Shown here piece after piece: positions 56,864 to 64,000 of a stretch of 64,000 nucleotides of DNA. Positions within the stretch are counted from its first letter, which is position 1. The number at the start of each line of letters is the position of its first letter. The stretch comes from an uncultured Gemmatimonadaceae bacterium (GTDB lineage: Bacteria; Gemmatimonadota; Gemmatimonadetes; Gemmatimonadales; Gemmatimonadaceae), in the NCBI GenBank assembly GCA_963829055.1, contig CAWHHI010000010.1, forward strand, positions 128,001 through 192,000, given 5' to 3'. Position numbers and translations under genes: made by a program. The notes under the pieces are model-generated. The model made no database searches. It had not been told where the DNA came from and saw only the letters and a list, made by a program, of their open reading frames with translations.

Positions 56864-58176
56864 GACGCGCTACAGCATTGTCGACGATTCCGATCGCGTG
56901 TCTCGCGGTTCTGCTTTCCTGCCGCGGAGAGCCGACGACCCCGGCCTCCAAGCCGGTTACGACTCCTGCGCAGCAGGAGATTCCGATCACCGGCGCCGCG
57001 GTGCCGGGAATGAAGTCGTACGATCAGGTCATCCCCGATTTGATGCGGAAGTACGCGATTCCCGGTGGCGCGGTTGCCGTGATGCGCGATGGCAAGTTGA
57101 TCTACGCGCGCGGCTTTGGTTACGCGGATGTCGAGAACAAGACGCCGGTGCAGCCTGACGCCCTGTTCCGGATCGCCAGCGTGTCCAAGACGCTCACCAG
57201 CGCCGCCATCATGAAGCTCGTCGAGGAGGGCAAGCTCAAACTCGACGATCGCGTCGCGCCACTCATTGCCTACCTCACGCCCGCACCGGGAGCGACCGTC
57301 GACCCGCGGTGGGAGCAGATCACCATTCGGCATCTGCTCAACCACACCGGGGGCTGGGATCGTGAGAAACCGAATGGCGGATTCGACCCGATAGATCGGC
57401 CGGCGATCGCCGCGGCCGCGGTCGACGCGCCCGCGCCGGCATCGGCGTGAAACGCTGATCCGCTACATGAAGGGAATGCCGCTCGACTTCAATCCGGGCG
57501 AACGGTTCGCCTACTCGAATTTTGGCTACATCATTCTCGGCCGCGTGATCGAGCGTGTGAGCGGCATGCCGTACAAGGAGTACGTGCGCGCACGCGTGCT
57601 CGCGCCCGTGGGCGCCAATCGCACGCAGCAGGGCAAGTCGCGCATGAGCGACGCGCTCCCGGACGAGGTGAAGTACTACTGGCCCGGGGCTGGGCGTGAA
57701 CGCGCCGCTGGTGCCATCCGTTTTCCCGGGCGAAGGCCTGGTGCCCCTCAACTACGGGGGCTACCACCACGAAGCGGGTGATGCAAGCGGCGCCTGGGTC
57801 TCGTCGACCGTCGATCTTCTGCGATTCCTGGGCGGCGTCGATGGCCGCCCCAATCGTCCGGACATCCTCAGCGCTGAACTCGTCGCGGCAGATGACCAGC
57901 TACGGCGCGCAGGTATGTGCCAGTGGCGCGTGCTATTACGCAGCCGGCTGGTTTGTTCGCCCAACCCAGGGCGACGCGAACTGGTGGCACGGGGGAACGC
58001 TGCCCGGCACGACGAGCATGCTCGTGCGCACGTATAACAACTTCTCGTGGGTCGGTCTGTTCAACACTCGCTCCCTGACAGCCAACCTCGAGGCCGAGCT
58101 CGATGCCGCGCTCTGGAATGCGCTCGCGGGCGTCACATCATTTCCGACGCACGACCTGTTTTCGACCTTCCGATGA
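56860..58176 (+). CDS. Beta-lactamase-family serine hydrolase lipoprotein (several frameshifts)
   Basis: FRIASVSK, LLNHTGG, YSNFGY and WWHGGTLPG across three or four frames; ATGA overlap with the previous gene. Confidence 0.85.
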
Positions 58177-58300
58177 CATGAGCCGCAGCATCAACGTGTC
58201 TGCGGCTCTGTGTTGAACAGAACGGCGCTCCGCAACTCACGCTTTCCCCGGACAGCGTCGTCGTGGGTGTATTCGAATCGTCGCCGCTGATCGCCACGGT

Positions 58301-58705
58301 TTGGGTTTTAGCTGGGGCGGCGCGACGGGTGCGCTGTTCGTCGGCATTGAACGGCGCCTTAAAACGGCGGTGCTCGTAGTCGGACACGGCGGTCACGTCT
58401 CGCACGCCACGGGTCCGGAAGGGTTCAAATACATTGCCGGTTTCTCGTGTGCCAGACGTGTCGCCTGGATTCGAGCGATGGCACCGATAGAGCCGATTCG
58501 ATTCGTTGGGCATGCTAACATCCCGTTGTTGTTGCAAAACGGGACGTTGGACGCCCTGATACCGCGTCCCGATGCGGAGGCGATACACGCAGCCGCGCCG
58601 CAGCCCAAGGAGGTTCGCTGGTATGACGCGGGACACGGCCTCACTCCGCAGGCCGGCGACGACAGGTATGCGTGGCTGCATCAGCACATTGGCATAGACC
58701 CCTGA
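58301..58705 (+). pseudogene. C-terminal remnant of an alpha/beta hydrolase
   Basis: Begins at the nucleophile elbow GFSWGG; LLQNGTLD and WYDAGH motifs; N-terminus missing. Confidence 0.65.
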
Positions 58706-58834
58706 AGTCCGTGCAATGACACCGGCAATCGCGGTCGTCGCGGTGACGGATTCCGGGTGCGGAGCCTCGATCGCAACGTCAGCCGGGATCGCCGGAAGAT
58801 ACCGGATGCTGGCGAGAAACTCGATGCTCGCAGC

Positions 58835-58861
58835 GCTCGTCAGGTTCAGCGCACGTTAGGC
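58835..58861 (-). mobile_element. attC half-site (R''/L'' arm only)
   Basis: GCTCG-T-CA-GGTT[C]AGC-GCAC-GTTAGGC matches the right arms of the intact sites; no partner arm upstream. Confidence 0.65.
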
Positions 58862-59089
58862 CGCGACGTAAGTGGCCTCTCGGCCGGCTAGACTAGAGTG
58901 ACCGGCGCAACGTGTCGACCTCCACGTCGGTCCAGCGCGTCCATGCCGGCGACAGTGAATTGGAGCGCGCGCCCGGTCAACGGGACCTCGGCTAAATAAC
59001 GCGGATCGCGTTGTCGCCCGAACTCAGAAGCATACTGGTGGCCTGCGTGAGTCTCGCCCGGGAAGGTTCGCGCACCGTCGTATCGGGAT

Positions 59090-60100
59090 TTAAAAAGGAC
59101 AGGGGCGGAAGCGGAATCCCGTTCGCGCCCACACCGGCAAGTCCTCCAGCGTCAGCTCGCTGAATGTCCCGCCGTTGTTGTGCCAGTGGCTCATGATTCG
59201 ATCCTCCGCCGCGCCGTTCACCCAACGCCGCCCCAGCGAGATCGCGACATGCTCGTTTTGGTCCCAGTACATCACGTCTCCCTCTTGTGGCACCAGGCCG
59301 GGGTGCGGAGCGAATGGGACGCTGTCATAGAAGCCTAACGCGTGGCTGAGGGCTCGGCCGTAATGCTCTTCGCCGTTACCGCCACGAAGGTGATTGAACT
59401 CATTCACGAACGCCGCCCGCCGGTGCGTGAATCTGAGCCAGTCCAGGGTCACGAGGTTCGCCCGGTAGGCCGAGTACAACACGGCTTCCCAACAGTTCAT
59501 GTGGGCCCGGGGGCTCGGGATGGGGCCGTTGCGGTTTATCCACTCCGCGAAGTGGTTTCGCCGCATTCCCGCGCCGTGATTCCAAAGTTGTTTCGGCTGG
59601 TACATGGGCCCGGCGTTAGGCACCAGCGCCAGTAGTCCCTGGTTGACGGGCCCCGACGGGACCCAGGTGAACCACCCGTTCATTAGACGGGCAGTCGCGG
59701 CGAGTTGCACCCCGCGCCCCGTTGCTCGCTCCGTGCGCAGCCGGCGTAGTCGCTGGACATGCGCGAGGTACACATTGGGCGCGGGCGGCGGTGGGGGGGC
59801 CGCGGGCGGTCCCGGGAGCTGGAGTGCCAAGGCCTGGGCTCGGGACGCGGCTTGGTTGTCGATCAAGGACCAGGCGTCGCAACGGTTGATGAACGCATTG
59901 CGGACCTGATCGGGTACCACCGCCACCATCGGCAGATCGTTGGCGAGCTCCGACAACACGGCATCGCGGAAGAGGTCTTCGCTGTCGGCGTCGTTATTGA
60001 CGTAGATCTGGACCAGCTGGAGGACTAGCGGCGCGTGTGCAACGAGGTTGGGACGGCCCACTCCAGTGAAAATTTGCTGGACCTGCAACAAGGTCAGCAT
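59090..60100 (-). CDS. Hypothetical protein with possible papain-like/NlpC-P60-type Cys-His domain
   Basis: GAGAGG RBS; Pro-rich linker; MNCWEAVLYSAY and GDVMYW..EHVAISLG. Confidence 0.7.
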   Translation of the reverse strand: MLTLLQVQQIFTGVGRPNLVAHAPLVLQLVQIYVNNDADSEDLFRDAVLSELANDLPMVAVVPDQVRNAFINRCDAWSLIDNQAASRAQALALQLPGPPAAPPPPPAPNVYLAHVQRLRRLRTERATGRGVQLAATARLMNGWFTWVPSGPVNQGLLALVPNAGPMYQPKQLWNHGAGMRRNHFAEWINRNGPIPSPRAHMNCWEAVLYSAYRANLVTLDWLRFTHRRAAFVNEFNHLRGGNGEEHYGRALSHALGFYDSVPFAPHPGLVPQEGDVMYWDQNEHVAISLGRRWVNGAAEDRIMSHWHNNGGTFSELTLEDLPVWARTGFRFRPCPF

Positions 60101-60320
60101 GCCGGTGGCCTCTCAGTGGTGCGCGAGTAGAATGTCGAGGGGAACGTCGAGCTTTTGTTCCTAGATCCCCTGAAATTGTGCGTCACTGCCTCGTGCAGCA
60201 ATGGCTCCCCATCATCGGGCATGAACCGGGCGGTCGAACTCCACGACGTTGATCGCCTAACGCGTCAACCAGCGAGCACCGGGGCCGAGATCCGTATGAC
60301 AGTCTGAAATGTGTGTTGCC

Positions 60321-60376
60321 GCATAACGCCTCTATTGACCTGCGAGGGCAGATCATAAGATGCGGCGGCGCAGTCG
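60321..60376 (-). mobile_element. attC half-site (R'/L' arm plus loop)
   Basis: GCATAAC-GCCTCT-ATTGACC-TG-CGAG has the same 7-6-7-TG layout as the left arms of intact sites; right arm absent. Confidence 0.55.
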
Positions 60377-60778
60377 CGCCCAAACGCTGAGGCTCTGGCG
60401 TTGCTATCAACGGCATCCGAAGAGATCCGGGGCTACGGCTCATTGCCTCGTTCAGAGCTTCTGGAGAAGTTGATGGCTCGCGCTGACACGCCTAACCACG
60501 GCGGGAAGAGTCCCATGCTCGCGCCGAACGCACGTAGCAGCATCACGCGGTGCCCGCAGGCTGGGACGGTCGCCCGGGCGGGAGGCGGAAGTCTCGTTCG
60601 GCCGCGGCGAACAAGGTCAGGTCGCTGACGGTGGTGGCGGACAGTGCGACAGAACATCGTGAGGGTCATTGCAGGGAGTACAACGCATCCAAGAGGTCGC
60701 AGCTCCGATGTACGTCGGCCAGATTAGGTCAGGACTGCGGAGAGATGACGTGCGTGTGAAACACGGGGCTGCGTGGCC

Positions 60779-60838
60779 GCCTAACGCCTGAGTCAAGCCG
60801 AGTCGCGAAGCGGCTTCGGCTCGAATGAATTGCTAGGC
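60779..60838 (-). mobile_element. Integron attC site (60 bp, aadA-like short type)
   Basis: GCCTAAC-GCCTGA-GTCAAGC-CG-AGTCGC-GAA-GCGGCT-T-CG-GCTC[G]AAT-GAATT-GCTAGGC. Confidence 0.9.
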
Positions 60839-61011
60839 CGCACTTGCCGCGCCATTTCAGTGTCGCCCTTAGGACTGCGGGCGGCGGGCTTCCACCGCGA
60901 TACGACCATCGACCACGAAGTCCGGGGCATGTTGCCGTCCGGCTCGTACACGACGTTGGCGTAGCCGGAATGCCTGAGGTAGCGCTCGACTAGAGCTTTG
61001 GTATCGTCCAT
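60839..61011 (-). pseudogene. Internally deleted cassette gene (PD-(D/E)XK-like start)
   Basis: MDDTKALVERYLRHSGYANVVYEPDGNMP, then PDFVVDGRIAVEARR after a shift; cassette ends GCGGCCTAAC/GCTAGGCCGC match. Confidence 0.5.
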
Positions 61012-61061
61012 CGCAGGAGATATGATCGCACGCTTGTTTCAGCACGCGGAGTACCGAGGCG

Positions 61062-61157
61062 GCCTAACGCCTTAGCTAAGCTGCAAGCGGATCAAATAAA
61101 ACGCGAGCGTAGCGAGCTTCATTAAATGGCTTGTCAGCTTCAGCGTGTGTTTTAGGT
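61062..61157 (-). mobile_element. Integron attC site (about 96 bp)
   Basis: GCCTAAC-GCCTTA-GCTAAGC-TG-CAAGC...GCTTG-T-CA-GCTT[C]AGC-GTGTGT-TTTAGGT. Confidence 0.85.
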
Positions 61158-61202
61158 GGCGCTCCGACACCGCGAAACCTTCATGGTTTGATCGGAACGC
61201 AG

Positions 61203-62138
61203 TTACTTGGAATGCCCAATGAGTCGCCTCACCTCGTCGGCAACGATCTCGGGAATTGCTTGCTCCATGAAGTGCGGTACGTCGCTCATGACGAGAAGCC
61301 GTCCAGGGGAAAAGCGCTCGACGAAGGCGCGCTGCTCAGCCCGGATAGCAATTGCCATCTTCTCAACAGGCCACGAAGGGTCAAGGTCGATCCGCGTGGT
61401 CGCAATGTAGGTGACCGGAATGTTGACCTTTCGGCGCCGCATCGCGTGTGCTTGCCTGTAAGTCGTAAGCTGATCAAACTGCTCGACGTTCCGTTTCCAG
61501 TCGTTCGGTTGCATGCGCGCTTCGCTTGGCAGAAATCGCTCGTCAATCGTACTGACATCATCGGGCAGACTTGCGTCGAGCAGGACCATTCCGTTGACGT
61601 CATCAGGGTAAGTGGCGGCGTACATTACAGCGATGAGGCCGCCGAAGGAGGCGCCAAGGAGGATGAACGGACCGCGAATGTGCGCAGCCGCGAGCAGCCT
61701 ACGAAGATCCGTCACGGCGTCCTTACCAGTAAGCGGACCCCGAACCTTGTCACTAAATCCGACATTAGCGCGGTCGTAGATGCACACACGAGCTCGATCG
61801 CGCAGATAGCTCGGAATTAGCCCTGAGTTTTGACTGCTACCGCGGGTCACGATGATCCCGTGCATGTAGACGACTGTGTGTGGCCCGCCGCCCTCACATC
61901 TGAGATACAACTTGTGGCCACCGACATCGAACAGTCCTTCTACAACAGGCAGGACCATCGTCGACTGCGGCCGCTCTCCAGCAGCCTGGCGCGACACGGT
62001 TCCGGATCCCCCGCGTTGAGTGACGGTTGTAACGGATGAGCAACCGCCGAGCATGACGGTCAACGCCGCGACTGTGAAGAGTGTCTCACGGACAAAACTC
62101 TCACGCATACTGCACATGACCTCTGCGACTCTAGACAT
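61203..62138 (-). CDS. Gene cassette: alpha/beta hydrolase lipoprotein
   Basis: Lipobox LGGC; FDVGGHKLYLRCEG, YDRANVGFS, GASFGG and PHFM; start uncertain. Confidence 0.85.
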   Translation of the reverse strand: MSRVAEVMCSMRESFVRETLFTVAALTVMLGGCSSVTTVTQRGGSGTVSRQAAGERPQSTMVLPVVEGLFDVGGHKLYLRCEGGGPHTVVYMHGIIVTRGSSQNSGLIPSYLRDRARVCIYDRANVGFSDKVRGPLTGKDAVTDLRRLLAAAHIRGPFILLGASFGGLIAVMYAATYPDDVNGMVLLDASLPDDVSTIDERFLPSEARMQPNDWKRNVEQFDQLTTYRQAHAMRRRKVNIPVTYIATTRIDLDPSWPVEKMAIAIRAEQRAFVERFSPGRLLVMSDVPHFMEQAIPEIVADEVRRLIGHSK

Positions 62139-62167
62139 TCAGCCACTTGATTCGTAGGTGAAATGCC

Positions 62168-62263
62168 GCCTAACGCCCCAGTTCAGCTGCGTCGGCGCGG
62201 GCTGCAGCTGTGACTGCGGTTGCAGCGGTGCGCGCCCACGTCAGCTGCAACGATCCGTTGTGC
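62168..62263 (-). mobile_element. Integron attC site (96 bp)
   Basis: GCCTAAC-GCCCCA-GTTCAGC-TG-CGT.GGCGCG...CGCGCC.ACG-T-CA-GCTG[C]AAC-GATCC-GTTGTGC. Confidence 0.9.
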
Positions 62264-62277
62264 GGCGCCGCAATGGA

Positions 62278-63134
62278 CTATCCTGCCGTGCCGACGCGCC
62301 GGAGTGATGGCGTGACGTGGAATTCAATCAGGGCTCTCATCGAATCATGCCACGAGAAGTTACCCGGCAGTGGGTCCCCATCGAACCATGCAGCTGGACC
62401 TCGCGTGGGGTAGAGCGGGATGTGAATACCTGCCCAGATCACGATCTGCCATTCCTCGGTAGGCCAAAACGCCACTAGCAGGAGCAGCTTCCCGAGTTGA
62501 AGGCTGATCTTGTAGGCACCCTCGTTCGTCTGACGCAGACTCGCCTCGTTCTCCGCGCTATCGGAGAAGAACCTCCACACGGCGTTTTGCTGCCAGTAGA
62601 ATTGCCGTGTCCCGTATGTTGCTGTCCGAACACCTTCACGCCCTCGGCAGGACGCGTTGGGTCTAGGAAGAGAGACTGGAAGTGCTCGGGCGGAACGTTC
62701 GCGTGATAGTTCGACGCGTTATTCAGAACAATGGCGGTCTTGAACGCCCAGGTGGCAACGGTGTGACGCTCAGCCTCTGTGAGGTGGACGACTTCGAGTT
62801 CGCCGTCGATCAGTGGGATCAGCAGGGGCTTCGCTCGCCCCTCTAACTGACTCATCCATCCGTTGTTGCAACGCTTGCAGACACGCCCTGCAAGAAAGTT
62901 CCCGAGGTCGTGCTTGCGTTGCGTGACGAGTGTTCCATCGGGCCGCATGTGCGACGGACGCACCTCCGCATTGCGGATTCCCAAGTGCTCAAGCACCCAC
63001 TGCGGGAGGACATGCTCGCGCGCCCGGCCACCTGACAAGGGCCGGTCGCAGAACACACATATTCGGGCCGGGCGCGATGCTGGGGGTAGTGGCAAGCTCT
63101 CGTCCGGGTACGCGAGACTAGTGTGTCCGCCCAA
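62278..63134 (-). CDS. Gene cassette: HNH-like zinc-binding protein (frameshift near 62595)
   Basis: CVFC..REHVLPQW..RVCKRCNNGWMSQLE; joins ORFs 62475..63134 and 62278..62580; start uncertain. Confidence 0.7.
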
Positions 63135-63317
63135 CGCCAGTTAGGCGCTCTTGATATGCAGCGAAGACTGCGTGAAGTACGGCGAGCGCTCGCTGCGAAT
63201 ATCCGAGTTCGCCAGCGACACGTCAGTGCAGTCGAAGGGTGGGTCCCACCTCGGCAATCGACGAGGGTGCGCCGTGAATGTTATGCAGCGAGGCGCGGGC
63301 TGCATAAGAGGTTAGGG
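63129..63317 (-). mobile_element. Atypical long attC/attI-like element at the head of the array
   Basis: Ends GCCCAAC and GTTAGGG; internal IR CTCTT(GAT)ATGCAGC/GCTGCATAAGAG; nested GCCCAAC-GCCA-GTTAGGC. Confidence 0.45.
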
Positions 63318-63595
63318 AAACGCCATTTGCGTGTACCATCGCCGGACGAGCACTCACAACCGGTCCGGCTGTCTGCGCACCTGAACGACCGCGATTCGAC
63401 CCGATTGCACCAACGCTCTAGCCAACCGCACCCGCAGCGGCGGGACGTACGCGCCGGTCGAGACCGCGGCCGCTTACAAATCGACACGGACACCGTTCCC
63501 CATCACCCACACCTGCGTCGTGTCACCGCGCGGCGAGACCGTGCCCATCCTTGTTAGGCACGTGCCGCTACTGGCGACGGATTGTGCGGCTCACG

Positions 63596-64000
63596 TCACC
63601 GCGCCGCGGCCGACCGCTTGAGCATCCATCCGTACAGGAAAACGATCGCGCCCACGAAGCCGAGCACGCCGAGCCACGGCGCCGAGCGCGAAGGTCTCGG
63701 GCACGAGCGCGATGCGGCGCGTCCTTCGCCCAGGCCGACGATCAGGCCGGCGTTGATCACGCCCCACAGACTCTCGCCGACGATCAATCCGGACGCGACG
63801 AGCGTACCCAGTCGCTCGGCGCGCTCTGGATTCGCCGCCGACCGCGCGCGGCCGTCGTACCAGTGCGAGATGACGGCGCCGACGATCACCGCGAACGTCG
63901 CCGACATCGGCAGATAGATCCCGATGCCGACCGCGAGCGGCGGGATGCGCAGCTTCTTCATCGCGCCGAGCGTCGCGTCGACCAGAATGAGCGCGACGCC
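63596..64000 (-). CDS. OPT-family oligopeptide transporter, C-terminal part
   Basis: PPLAVGIGIYLP and GTLVASGLIVGESLWGV motifs; possible indel near the 3' end. Confidence 0.88.
   Translation of the reverse strand, partial: GVALILVDATLGAMKKLRIPPLAVGIGIYLPMSATFAVIVGAVISHWYDGRARSAANPERAERLGTLVASGLIVGESLWGVINAGLIVGLGEGRAASRSCPRPSRSAPWLGVLGFVGAIVFLYGWMLKRSAAAR

Noticed and set aside
10512..58176. Many frameshifts read as programmed recoding or mass pseudogenisation
   Set aside because: Single-base indels are scattered through otherwise well-conserved genes with no shared slippery motif, and I noticed no in-frame stops. Long-read error is the simplest explanation; polishing would decide.
47927..58176. 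Serine hydrolases as antibiotic-resistance cassettes
   Set aside because: They are generic beta-lactamase-fold proteins. The two plus-strand genes oppose the array orientation, and none has its own downstream attC.
60400..60778. Cassette gene downstream of attC 60779
   Set aside because: Only short ORFs without recognisable similarity; probably a decayed cassette, so no call was made.
3799..62175. Octamer as a Chi/KOPS-like polar motif
   Set aside because: Orientation is 28 versus 17 and interleaved, not strongly skewed. This cannot be fully excluded without the whole replichore.
63318..63595. Integrase or transposase remnant upstream of the array
   Set aside because: No tyrosine recombinase (RHRY) or DDE motifs were seen in the translated frames.

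Overview
High-GC (roughly 65-70% by eye) bacterial accessory region, probably Gemmatimonadota. That assignment is inferred from the ADOP permease, the kinase-associated ECF sigma factor, many Tat/lipoprotein hydrolases and the deoC plus two-domain aldehyde dehydrogenase pair. It holds about 50 genes or gene fragments: sensor kinases, a hybrid two-component system, a Ser/Thr kinase-ATPase-TPR protein, peptidases, beta-lactamase-family serine hydrolases and transporters. Many ORFs are broken by single-base indels, most likely long-read errors. The right third has an integron cassette array with no integrase in the window (CALIN-like): 6 complete attC sites, 2 half-sites and 1 atypical element, all oriented for minus-strand cassettes. 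The cassettes include a DUF433/DUF5615 toxin-antitoxin pair and an HNH-like protein, and a Cys/His papain-like orphan lies within the array. The most striking signal is the octamer GCCTAACG/CGTTAGGC, which is the attC core site plus one base. I count 45 exact copies by hand against about 2-3 expected. About 29 lie inside ordinary genes, in several reading frames and using rare codons, which points to a DNA-level iterated motif possibly tied to integron recombination. Other unusual items are a LytTR-type receiver fused to an OmpR winged helix with a duplicated 28-bp operator-like motif, a 215-bp palindrome built from 17-bp repeats, and a 130-bp palindromic element overlapping a gene end. No rRNA, tRNA, CRISPR array or transposase was found.
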